Shown here one piece after another: positions 22,590 through 30,852 of a DNA stretch of 30,852 nt. The translations under genes were made by a program, and so were the position numbers. The DNA is taken from IMG/VR virus record IMGVR_UViG_3300049009_000679, positions 1 through 30,852 of that record. One strand, 5' to 3'. Origin of the DNA: a virus (Duplodnaviria > Caudoviricetes). The notes below the pieces were generated by a model, which saw only the letters and a list, made by a program, of their open reading frames with translations, ran no database searches and was not told the DNA's origin. Position 1 is the stretch's first letter, and every line of letters starts with the position of its first letter.

Positions 22590-24193
22590 CAGAACCCCAT
22601 CACTTCCGCGCTTGGCGTGGAGCTGTGCGTGATGACGACAGACCGTCCGTGAGGCACTGTGACTGCCGTATTTGTTGCCGTCGCAACCGTTCGCCCGTTG
22701 AGCGTCACGCTTGACACCGTGCCGCCGTAGATCGCCAAGACCGCGGTATCGCCCGTGGTGTTGGTGTAGGTGTACGGGGATGCTCCGACCGACACGGCAG
22801 CGGGAGCAATCGGGTTGTAACCAAGGTTATGGCGGACAATTTTGGTTGTGCCGGTGCCTTGATCCAGCATCGCGCCCACGGTGTTCCCAAGCAGGAAATT
22901 GCCCGTGATCGAGTAGTTGTCGTGGTTCGTGCCGAACACGATGATTCCGCGCTGGCTGTTGCCAGTCAGCCCATCTGCCGCACCGCAGCGAGCGCCCATG
23001 ATTGAGAAGCCGCAGACGTTGTTCCCGATGGCAATGCCGTAGCTCGTGTTTTGTGCAAAGGCCCCGCCGAGAACATTGAAATCAGCCAGCAGCGTTGTGC
23101 TTGCTGCGCTCACATCCACACCGCTCCCGGCGTTCAAATGCCCTTGGTGGTTTACCAACCGAACACCTGTAACGGAAGCCGTGCCCGCCTGGATGATCTG
23201 GAACCCTGATCCCGTCATGCTGCAGGTCCAGCAGTCCACAAAGTCAACCCGCTGCACCGAACCGCCACCGGCCGCAGGTTGGATCAGGACGCCAGTGCCT
23301 GCCGTGTCAAAGAAGCAGTCATGGACCTTGAGTGAGTAGACGGTTTGACCGGCCCCAGGGTCGATCAGCAGGTCAACACCTTGAGCGATCACCGATGTAT
23401 CGGAGATGGTTAGCGCGGAACTGTCTTGAACCCGAATGCCGCACAGCGGGTAAGGTGCAGACTGCGCGCCGATCAAGCAGCCGTGAATCAGTTGGGTGGT
23501 ATCTCCACCACCGGCCACGATCCGCGAGCCCCCAGATGCGCCCGTTCGGAAGATGCAATGCAGCACCTTCGCATTGACCCCGACCATGTAAACGCCAGTG
23601 AAGTCGTTGTTGAACTGGCAGTTGTCGGCCTTGGTGTAGGCCCCGGTCAGGGTGACGTAGTTGCCAGCCGTGCGGGTGACGGTCGAATCGAACCCCACAT
23701 GCTCGATTGAACTGTTCCAAGCGATCAGGTCTAGCACCGAAGCGGTTGCGCTGTTCGTCCAGATAGTGGTGTTCTGGTTTCCGCTGCCGATGATTCGATA
23801 GCTTTGACCGTCCGCCGTGCTGATCGTCGGGGCCAGATAGCCACCCGGAGGCATCCACACAGCCCCACCGCCTGCAGCCTGCACAGCAGTGAGGCACGCC
23901 GCCATTGCAGTGGCAACGCTGATTGACTTGGTTTTGGCACTCACATCAGCGCGCTGTGCGTCGGTGAAGTAGTCAAACATCGACACGATGTCCAGCGCTT
24001 TGCTCTGCAGCGTCCGGGCCACCGCACCTGTACCTGATGCAATGTGCCCAACAAGGGCTGATCCGGTAGAGGCGGCAAGGTCTTGCGCGTCGACGATCAG
24101 TTGGTCCTCATCCGCTGGCGTGCGAAAGCCCCGGATCTTGCCGGTGGCTTGGTCAATCAGTGCGCGAACGTAGTCGCCGACTCGGTGGCTCAT
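22589..24193 (-). CDS. Second tailspike-like beta-helix protein (534 aa)
   Basis: Neck motif DLAASTGSALVG...GTGAVARTLQSK..DIVS..DY, then GGGAVWMPPGGY (pectate_lyase_3-like start) and beta-helix repeats. Confidence 0.8.
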   Translation of the reverse strand: MSHRVGDYVRALIDQATGKIRGFRTPADEDQLIVDAQDLAASTGSALVGHIASGTGAVARTLQSKALDIVSMFDYFTDAQRADVSAKTKSISVATAMAACLTAVQAAGGGAVWMPPGGYLAPTISTADGQSYRIIGSGNQNTTIWTNSATASVLDLIAWNSSIEHVGFDSTVTRTAGNYVTLTGAYTKADNCQFNNDFTGVYMVGVNAKVLHCIFRTGASGGSRIVAGGGDTTQLIHGCLIGAQSAPYPLCGIRVQDSSALTISDTSVIAQGVDLLIDPGAGQTVYSLKVHDCFFDTAGTGVLIQPAAGGGSVQRVDFVDCWTCSMTGSGFQIIQAGTASVTGVRLVNHQGHLNAGSGVDVSAASTTLLADFNVLGGAFAQNTSYGIAIGNNVCGFSIMGARCGAADGLTGNSQRGIIVFGTNHDNYSITGNFLLGNTVGAMLDQGTGTTKIVRHNLGYNPIAPAAVSVGASPYTYTNTTGDTAVLAIYGGTVSSVTLNGRTVATATNTAVTVPHGRSVVITHSSTPSAEVMGF

Positions 24194-24744
24194 AGTGCTG
24201 CCTCGTTCGTGGTGCTGGCCTGGTCGGGCCAGATCCTGTTGCTCTTCGCCTGGTTGTCGGGGGTTGCCATGACAGCCAGGTTGTGATGGGTGTGCAAGCC
24301 GCAGACGAGCGGGCTTTGCAAAGGCACAAGGTGATCGACTTGACAGTCAATACCCGCGCGGCGGCACGCGTCAGCAAAGCGGTAGACCGCCGCTATCCGC
24401 GCGGGGTCAGCCCATGCCGGCGTGGCGTTCTTTTTTGACGCTCGGCGCCGTGCGGTCAGCGGGGCAACCTTATGCCTGTTGATGCGGCGCCATTCAGCGA
24501 TCCGTTCTGCGACAGCGGGGCTCTCGGCGAACTTGCTGCGCGCACGGGAGTTCGTCTGTTCCCGGTTCTGTGCGGCCCAGGCGCGTTTGTGCTCATCAGC
24601 TGCGGCCTTGTTCTTGCCCGCCCACGCACGGGACTGAGCGCTTCCGCAGGCCTTGCAGTACGAGCGCAACCGGGTTGGCCCGCGAGGCATCGGGTTGAAC
24701 AGCGACTCGTCCTTGGCCGCGTGGCATTTGCTACAGGTCTTCAC
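24190..24744 (-). CDS. Free-standing HNH homing endonuclease with N-terminal Cys4 Zn finger
   Basis: KTCSKC...YCKAC; ATPAWAD; VDHLVPL...VCGLH..HNL......N..KSN. Confidence 0.9.
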   Translation of the reverse strand: MKTCSKCHAAKDESLFNPMPRGPTRLRSYCKACGSAQSRAWAGKNKAAADEHKRAWAAQNREQTNSRARSKFAESPAVAERIAEWRRINRHKVAPLTARRRASKKNATPAWADPARIAAVYRFADACRRAGIDCQVDHLVPLQSPLVCGLHTHHNLAVMATPDNQAKSNRIWPDQASTTNEAAL

Positions 24745-26435
24745 AGCGCCGCCTCGTTGGTGGTCGAGTAGCCGGTGAGGCGCTGCATCACGTCTTCGAG
24801 GTTCTGGGTGTCGATCTCACTTGCGGTCTTTGCAGCGGCCGGTAGTTCTGCGGCAGCCAGGGCTGACTGCTGGGCTTGTTGCGCTTCTGCTCGCTGCTTG
24901 CGCACGTTGGCGACCTGGTCGTCGGGAATGACGATCTCAGGGTTCACGCCAAACATTTCCGCATAATCTTCGACGGCCTGGTCGGTGTCGACCTTGTCCC
25001 AGACCGCCATGTTGCCGCTGGCGGCCGCGATCTGGCCGACGTTGGCCAGCAGCCTGTCCATGCCCTGGGCGGCCACTGCGCGTTGGGCCTGGGCCAGCAC
25101 CGAGATGAACTCGACGTTGAGCTCCATGCCCTGCAGCTCAGGCGGCGGGGGCGGCAGGATGCCGGCCCGGCTGCAGTAGTCGAAGGCCAGGTCGATCATG
25201 GGCGACAGCAGCTCGTTGTGCAGACGCTCGAGCACCGGGCCCAGCATCAGCAGCTTCTCTTCGTGGCGCTGCGCCACCTCGGTGGCCGTCACGTTGGACC
25301 GCGTGTCGTTGGCCAGCATCAGGAAGAGGTCGGCGTAGTAGCCGGTGCGGATGCGGTCGCGCACGTCGAGGATGTCCTCGCGCAGGTGCTGCAGGTTCAG
25401 GTTGACGTTGAACAAGCTCTCGATCTTCGAGGTGCCCGCGGTGTCGATGTAGCTGACGCCGCCTGGCAGCCGGTTGACGGCCTGGTTCTTCATTGCCGTG
25501 GGGACGCCGATCGGTGGGTTGACCTGGTAGTCGATCGCCTGGGCCTTGCGCAGCTGCTGGTGCTGGAGTTGCTTCACCGAGCCCAGCACGTCCATGCCGG
25601 GGCTGGCTCCGTAGACGTCGTTGCCGGTCACCGACCAGCGTGGGCACAGCGCGGGGAAGCGCTTGAACCCCGACTCGCTCAACCACTTGTTCTCGCCGCA
25701 GGCGGCCGGCTCGAAGTAGCAGCTCTTGAACCGCATGTTCTTGTTGTCGGCCTTGGTGACGTCGCGCTGCTGGCGCGGCTCCACCAGGTGCACCACGTCG
25801 ACCCAGGTGTGCAGCTTGCCCATCGAGTGCATGTTGCGCACCGACTCGCTCACGGCGGCGAGGCCGAAGCGCTCGACCATCTGGTGCACGGTCATCTTGA
25901 ACTCGCGCACCAGCGTGTCGACGTTGCCCATCTCGTCGTTGGCGATCGCGTACTCGCCCACCGTCATCGGGTAGTGGTGGATGACCGTGTCGAAGTTGGG
26001 CAGCAGGACCGTGGCCCCGGTGCCAAACAGGCCCAGCTCTTCGTAGATCGTGTGCAGCGTGCGGTAGGTGTTCGACGCGGCGAAGATCGCGCGCATGAGC
26101 TCCGCGGTCTGGTGCAGCCAGGTCTTGACTGCGCCCGCCTCCATCAGATCCTTGTCGGGCAGGGCCAGCTTGAACCAAGGCCTGGCCGGGCTGGTGACGC
26201 CCGACATCATGCCGGCGGCCAGCGTGCGCAGCGCCCAGGTGGCGGTCTCGTCGAAGATGTGGTTGTGCCGCTTGCCGCCCTTGTTGACGTCCGACGTGAA
26301 AAACCGCCCGCCACGGGGCTGCTGAGTCTCGCTCAGTTCGCGCCAGTGGCTGATGTGGCTCGACCGCTCGTTCCACAGCTCCTGCTTGCGGTGCAGGGCC
26401 CTGGCGAGCGGTGTTTGGGTGTTCAGGTCGGCCAT
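24741..26435 (-). CDS. Portal protein (head-tail connector, Bbp21/T7 gp8-like)
   Basis: LAAGMMSGVTSPARPWF; PRW.....VYG.SP; TATEVAQRHEEKLLMLGPVLERL; VEFISVLAQAQR. Confidence 0.95.
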   Translation of the reverse strand: MADLNTQTPLARALHRKQELWNERSSHISHWRELSETQQPRGGRFFTSDVNKGGKRHNHIFDETATWALRTLAAGMMSGVTSPARPWFKLALPDKDLMEAGAVKTWLHQTAELMRAIFAASNTYRTLHTIYEELGLFGTGATVLLPNFDTVIHHYPMTVGEYAIANDEMGNVDTLVREFKMTVHQMVERFGLAAVSESVRNMHSMGKLHTWVDVVHLVEPRQQRDVTKADNKNMRFKSCYFEPAACGENKWLSESGFKRFPALCPRWSVTGNDVYGASPGMDVLGSVKQLQHQQLRKAQAIDYQVNPPIGVPTAMKNQAVNRLPGGVSYIDTAGTSKIESLFNVNLNLQHLREDILDVRDRIRTGYYADLFLMLANDTRSNVTATEVAQRHEEKLLMLGPVLERLHNELLSPMIDLAFDYCSRAGILPPPPPELQGMELNVEFISVLAQAQRAVAAQGMDRLLANVGQIAAASGNMAVWDKVDTDQAVEDYAEMFGVNPEIVIPDDQVANVRKQRAEAQQAQQSALAAAELPAAAKTASEIDTQNLEDVMQRLTGYSTTNEAAL

Positions 26436-26438
26436 GCG

Positions 26439-26621
26439 TCAGATTACGGCTTGCGCCGCCGTCCACTCATCCTCGTAGGCGTCTGCGTACGCTTGGAGCT
26501 GGTCGGCCAAGGCTTTGCCGGTTTTGCTGTACACCAGCACTTGCTCAAACATTTGATTGGCAAACAAAACCTGAACTTGCAGGTATGGCGCAGCGTTGGA
26601 AACGATAGCGTACTGAGCCAT
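26439..26621 (-). CDS. Small hypothetical protein (60 aa), possibly a chaperone or partner of the upstream fibre-like protein
   Basis: TAATG overlap with the upstream gene, GAGGA SD, shares the lower GC. Confidence 0.65.
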   Translation of the reverse strand: MAQYAIVSNAAPYLQVQVLFANQMFEQVLVYSKTGKALADQLQAYADAYEDEWTAAQAVI

Positions 26622-28669
26622 TACACAGTCCTCGACAACATGACCTTGACTTGACCGGCGGCGACAGCAGTGGTGTCCGCATCAGCAGCGCCACCTGTAA
26701 TGGCGATCCCTAGCCCGAGGGCAAATCGGAAGCCTTGGTATCCAATGGGCAGCAACGCAACGCCAGGTACCCCGGCAACAGCCGCGGCGATTGGGAGAAT
26801 CATGGCCGGAACGTCGGTGCCAACCGTCGGTGCAGTAGCTTTGTTGTACAACTTGACGTACGCGGCAGTTGCGCCCGTGTTCGTCGCATAGAAGGCGTGC
26901 AATCCGCTAGTGCCAGTCAAAATCAACGCGCCGTTGGTAGATGCTGCTGAGTTGAGAATGAAAGGCGTCGCCGGGGCTACTGGTGTGCCCTGCGTAGTGA
27001 CTGCAGTTACTGCTAGGCTGTTTTGCACAGCTACTGGAAGCGCTGAGGCTGCGTCTGAGCCTGGGCGCGCAAGACCCTCAACACGCAGCCGCTCGTAATC
27101 AAACACTCGGACGAACGAGATCCGCAAGCATGTGCGCTTGATGACGCCGCCGCCGCAGTTGACAGAAGCAAAGTCAGCAGGGAGAGTTCGCTGGCCCGTG
27201 AACGGAAGCACCAAAGTCAACGCAGTGGTGGCACTGTTTGCCACCTTCCACGGCCCATCTACAGACAGCGTCGCTCCGTCCGTTGCGTTGCGGCACCCGA
27301 CCACGTTCAGCATGTCGCCGATGCTCAAGCCTGCCCAGCTGGTGTTACCTACCAGCACAAGTTGACGAGTGCCGTCTGAGAGGGTGGAAAGGGTTGCCGA
27401 TTGCGCAACCACTGCGTTACCGCCCAGCGAGGACATCAGGTTGCCGCCCTGCACCCCGGCGACATACCCACCGTAGCTAGTGACCGTTCCGGCAGTGCCC
27501 TGAACGATTGTGAAACTAGTCGGACTTACTATTGATGCCACAGCCGTGGCGACCAATAGGTTTGGGAATGAAGTTGCCGCCTGGTCTCGGATTCCGTAGA
27601 TAACTACAGGGTCAGCCAGCACAAGGCCGTGCGGTACATCGGTAGTGATGGTTGCAGTGGTCGTTCCAGTTTTAACTGCAGAAACGATCTGAGCAGCAGG
27701 CACAGTCAAGGCCTTGTTGTTCGTGGCACGGAAGCGCAGCTTGTAGGACTCGTCCGGGTCGGGGCAGACTTGGGTACGGGTCGCCCGCGCAGTGAGTTGC
27801 GTAACCGCATCGACGGCCGCATCAGCGACTTGCACCCGGTCACTTTGCAGGAGCATCCGGTATTCGGTGGTCGCGCCGAATGCGTATGTGTTTGCGCTGT
27901 TGACCAGTTGAATAGATGCAGTGGTTCCAACTGTCGTAGTGTGATTGCCCGCAATCGTGCCGCTGGGCAGCGCATCACCGGACTCACTGCGTAGGTAAAT
28001 GCTCGCGTTGGTGACCGTGGTGTTCTCAAAAATCTGAGACACCCCGTTGCTGGCACGGCCGAGGCGCTGGCGGAAGTAGATCGAGCCCTTGGCGCCGGCC
28101 GGGTTGGCGATGGTCTGTGACGCAATCGTGCCGCTAGGGCCAGCGGTGCAGGTGATTTGCGTTGGCGTGGGAATGCTTGCGACGACCAGAGCGGGGTAAT
28201 TAGCCCGCAAGTCAGAGCAGCCATAGATGCCGATGCTCTTACCGACACTGAGGCCGTGGGGGGACACGGTGTCGATGGTCAACGTGGTGGTCGTCTGGGC
28301 GATGCTGGCGATGGCAATGTCAGGCACATCCGCCAAAGGCTCGGAAGTGTCCACCGCCTCGATGGCGAACTCCTGGCCCAGCGTGCGCTGCGACATCGAG
28401 CACGCAACGGCAATCTCGGTGGGCATACGGAAGTGCAGGGCCTCCAGCTGCTCGATGAAGCTCTCGGTCCCTGCGGACAACGGGTCCTTGCTGATGACCA
28501 GATAGCTTGCCGCTGCTGCGTTGCCATCAACGAAAATCAAGTCGCCAGTAGCTTTGTTTTCGATCCAGCGGCCACCATTGATGGGGTCATAGACCTCAAA
28601 CGCCTCACGGAATTTGCCCGTAATGTTGTAGGAAGCGGCGGGTGAGCCCCCCGGCTTTGCCCAGCTCAC
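26621..28669 (-). CDS. Fibre/adhesin-like beta-rich virion protein with internal repeats (682 aa)
   Basis: Thr/Ala/Gly-rich; repeats TTTLTIDTVSPHGLSVG.SI.IYG / TTTATITTDVPHGLVLADPVVIYG; C-terminal YVKLYNKATAPTVGTDVP domain; GGAGG-like SD with GTG start. Confidence 0.7.
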   Translation of the reverse strand: MSWAKPGGSPAASYNITGKFREAFEVYDPINGGRWIENKATGDLIFVDGNAAAASYLVISKDPLSAGTESFIEQLEALHFRMPTEIAVACSMSQRTLGQEFAIEAVDTSEPLADVPDIAIASIAQTTTTLTIDTVSPHGLSVGKSIGIYGCSDLRANYPALVVASIPTPTQITCTAGPSGTIASQTIANPAGAKGSIYFRQRLGRASNGVSQIFENTTVTNASIYLRSESGDALPSGTIAGNHTTTVGTTASIQLVNSANTYAFGATTEYRMLLQSDRVQVADAAVDAVTQLTARATRTQVCPDPDESYKLRFRATNNKALTVPAAQIVSAVKTGTTTATITTDVPHGLVLADPVVIYGIRDQAATSFPNLLVATAVASIVSPTSFTIVQGTAGTVTSYGGYVAGVQGGNLMSSLGGNAVVAQSATLSTLSDGTRQLVLVGNTSWAGLSIGDMLNVVGCRNATDGATLSVDGPWKVANSATTALTLVLPFTGQRTLPADFASVNCGGGVIKRTCLRISFVRVFDYERLRVEGLARPGSDAASALPVAVQNSLAVTAVTTQGTPVAPATPFILNSAASTNGALILTGTSGLHAFYATNTGATAAYVKLYNKATAPTVGTDVPAMILPIAAAVAGVPGVALLPIGYQGFRFALGLGIAITGGAADADTTAVAAGQVKVMLSRTV

Positions 28670-28971
28670 AGCGACACCTCACCGACACCCGCCGCAAGGG
28701 TCGTGGTGAATCGGACGAACAGGCCCTTGTAGAGGATCTCGTTGGTTGGTGTGCTCACGGTGCCGCTGCTCCAGTCGTGCCAGATGGCTGCCCCCGCGGC
28801 GACATCGGCCGGCGAGGAGTAGGTGGCTTGCGCCAGCATTTGACCCCCGCTGCCAGGCGCGCAGGAGACCACGCACTCGGCAGACACAGGGATGGGGTTC
28901 GAGGTTTCGCCAGCGCCCACGCTGACCTTCACTTGCTTGCCGTCGAGGCTGCGGAGTTCAGTGGTGGCCAT
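28666..28971 (-). CDS. Small beta-rich putative virion protein (101 aa)
   Basis: GGGAGG SD before ATG 28971; GTGA overlap with the next gene. Confidence 0.7.
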   Translation of the reverse strand: MATTELRSLDGKQVKVSVGAGETSNPIPVSAECVVSCAPGSGGQMLAQATYSSPADVAAGAAIWHDWSSGTVSTPTNEILYKGLFVRFTTTLAAGVGEVSL

Positions 28972-28972
28972 C

Positions 28973-29167
28973 TCAGCCTCCCAGCAGCGAAGTGCCACCC
29001 GTGTTCAGCGCGGTGGTCTGGATGCCAGAGGGCCCGGTGAGCAGGCTGCCGCTGGCCATGCCCGTGCGCTTCTGCGCCTTGCGGGTGGCTGCGTTCGCGG
29101 TGTCAGCGGGTTTGACGTCCTGCACCGGCGGTGGGGGCGCGGGCATCGAAGGTTTGCTCATGCACAT
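28973..29167 (-). CDS. Small virion protein (MCMSKP...TSLLGG; T7 gp7.3-like slot)
   Basis: MC-x-x-P-rich N-terminus and LLTG...LLG C-terminus typical of the pre-portal small protein; AGGA SD. Confidence 0.8.
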   Translation of the reverse strand: MCMSKPSMPAPPPPVQDVKPADTANAATRKAQKRTGMASGSLLTGPSGIQTTALNTGGTSLLGG

Positions 29168-29195
29168 TGTGTTGGTCCTGTAGCAGGTTGCCGGC

Positions 29196-29228
29196 ACTGT
29201 AGCGGCGAAGGCCTGTAGCAAACGCACG
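29196..29228 (-). promoter_or_regulatory. Putative late promoter copy C (CGTGCGTTTG-N17-TACAGT)
   Basis: Identical 10-mer and spacing; immediately after the terminase stop. Confidence 0.7.
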
Positions 29229-30824
29229 TCAGCGCGAGTAGGGGTCGTAGTTCAGGATCGCCGCCTGCGCGTCGCGCTGCTGCAGCAGGTGGATCTTCGG
29301 CGTGTCGATGCGGGCCAGGATCACCGCGGTGGCCCGGTCGGGGCTGCGGCCGGTGCGCTTCACGATGTCGTCGCGGCTCTCGACCTTGATGGTGCGGCCT
29401 GACATCTCCCACATGGGCGCGCACAGCTCGGCCAGCAGATCCTGGTCGGGCGGCAGCGCGATGCCGGTGTCGTTCGCCGGGTCGAGCTCCTCGCGCATCT
29501 TCCACCACAGCTCGCTGCGAAGGTTGAAGAAGGTGAGGCGGCCCGACTTGTCGGTGGCCGTGCTGCCCTCGGCCACGTTCACGCCGTAGACCGGCAGCTT
29601 GGCCTGATTTAGGAAGTCGTAGGGGCTCGAGCCCACGCCGATCACGTCCAGCATGATCGGTGCGTGGTCGCGGTTCTCGGCGATCACCAGGCCGGCAACG
29701 CGCGGCCCGTCGGGCGTGTCGGTGCCCGGGTAGACGTGCAGCTTGTCGTACCAGTTGCCGACGTGCCTGGTGGCCTGCACGGTCTGGTCCCGGCCGCCGC
29801 GGGCCACGTCCACGCCCTGGCACATCATCTCGCCACGTGGTGAGCGCGGCCGCCACCTGCCCATCGCAGCCTCGACCCAGGCGGTAGGGATCACCTGGAA
29901 CGCGCTGTCCTGCATGCCGGCCTCAAAGTCGCCGTTCAGCATCTGGCTGCGCAGTGGCTCGGGCAGGGCCTGCAGCTGGCGCAGGTAGCCTGATCCGCTG
30001 AGGTAGGCGTTGTCGCTCACCCGGCTCGGGATGAAGGTGCGCGACTGCGGTGTGATGATCTCCTCGGGCCTGTGCTGCTTCGGGTCGAAGCCGTAGATGC
30101 GGTCCTCCCCGTCCATCACGAATGGCGCCGGGCTGGTGACCCAGAGGTCCCGGGTCTCGCCGTTGGGCGTGGGCAGCATGGCCACATACCGGATCACGCC
30201 AGGCGGCGTGGGGTAGAGCCTGTGCTTCTTGTCGAGCCAGGGCCCGAAGAAGTCGATGACCCAGCGGCCTGCAGCCTCGGCCGGGGGATTGAACGTGAGC
30301 AGGGTCTGGCACCGCTGGCCGGGCGTGGTGGTCCGGTTCCAGGCCATCAGGAACTGCACCTGGAAGCGCGTGAGCGAGGTGGCCTCGTCGAACACCAGCA
30401 GGTCGTGCGGGCGGCCCCGGTACTTCTCCTCGTCCTTCGGGTTGGGCAGTGAGCCGAACTCGATCTGCACCTGGCGCGGCCCGGCGTCGCGCCACATGCC
30501 GTCCTTGGTGCTGAACCCGTCGCGGGTGCCCAGCAGCTCGGTCATGCGGTCGACGAAGCCCGTGTGCTCGGTGCCGTTCTTGCGGACGATGAAGGTGCGC
30601 TGGTGCTGGTTCAGGGCCTTGCCCAGTGCCAGGTCGGTCTTGCCGCCGCCGGCCGCGCCGCCGAAGCCCACCACGTCGGCGGTGCTGTTGTAGGCGATGT
30701 CCTGCGGCCCGGCCTGGCAGCGCCAGACCACCTGCTTGGCGTCCAGCATGGCCAGCTCGTGCAGCTCCTGGCGCTCCTTGGGGGTGAGGTAGCGCTCGAG
30801 CTCGAGGACGTCGCCAGCCTTCAC
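29229..30824 (-). CDS. terL: Terminase large subunit
   Basis: Walker A GGAAGGGKT, Walker B LLVFDEA, coupling motif TFNP, nuclease GVDVARGGRD, DVIGVG, RSPDRATA. Confidence 0.95.
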   Translation of the reverse strand: MKAGDVLELERYLTPKERQELHELAMLDAKQVVWRCQAGPQDIAYNSTADVVGFGGAAGGGKTDLALGKALNQHQRTFIVRKNGTEHTGFVDRMTELLGTRDGFSTKDGMWRDAGPRQVQIEFGSLPNPKDEEKYRGRPHDLLVFDEATSLTRFQVQFLMAWNRTTTPGQRCQTLLTFNPPAEAAGRWVIDFFGPWLDKKHRLYPTPPGVIRYVAMLPTPNGETRDLWVTSPAPFVMDGEDRIYGFDPKQHRPEEIITPQSRTFIPSRVSDNAYLSGSGYLRQLQALPEPLRSQMLNGDFEAGMQDSAFQVIPTAWVEAAMGRWRPRSPRGEMMCQGVDVARGGRDQTVQATRHVGNWYDKLHVYPGTDTPDGPRVAGLVIAENRDHAPIMLDVIGVGSSPYDFLNQAKLPVYGVNVAEGSTATDKSGRLTFFNLRSELWWKMREELDPANDTGIALPPDQDLLAELCAPMWEMSGRTIKVESRDDIVKRTGRSPDRATAVILARIDTPKIHLLQQRDAQAAILNYDPYSR

Positions 30825-30852
30825 TTCGTCACGCCCTTGCGCTTCTCGTAGG
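30821..30852 (-). CDS. 3' end of the gene upstream of terL (partial, ...YEKRKGVTK*); possibly the small terminase
   Basis: TGA overlaps the terL GTG (GTGA); identity inferred from position only. Confidence 0.4.
   Translation of the reverse strand, partial: YEKRKGVTK

Overview
This window is about 31 kb of a high-GC, podovirus-type phage or prophage genome, with the gene order of the BPP-1/epsilon15-like group (recognised from motifs, not from a database search). The left ~2.6 kb (+ strand) ends the early/replication arm: small Zn-ribbon and hypothetical genes, a SNF2-family helicase and a DUF3310-type protein. The rest (- strand) is the virion module: large terminase, small virion proteins, a fibre-like protein, portal, HNH endonuclease, a beta-helix spike, Bbp19-like protein, scaffold, major capsid, cement protein, tail adaptor and nozzle, GNAT, two internal virion proteins, a 2984-aa internal/ejected protein and a tail fibre. 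The most notable observations: (1) The 2984-aa protein looks polyvalent, with ART-like, HhH-glycosylase-like, HDxxGH and HExxH modules and a SAM-lyase-like domain nested inside one of them. (2) Its central linker hides two tandem +1-frame ORFs with their own Shine-Dalgarno sites and host-like codon usage, which are candidate cognate inhibitors. (3) A third overprinted ORF sits inside the helicase. (4) A promoter-like motif CGTGCGTTTG-N17-[TGC]ACA[AGT]T occurs four times, once inside a CDS. (5) An antisense tRNA-Glu cassette with a sigma70-like promoter and structured leader interrupts the tail operon. (6) One gene has an apparent ATC start codon. (7) The HNH gene duplicates the portal C-terminus. 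All functional calls come from visual motif recognition and need HMM or structure confirmation.
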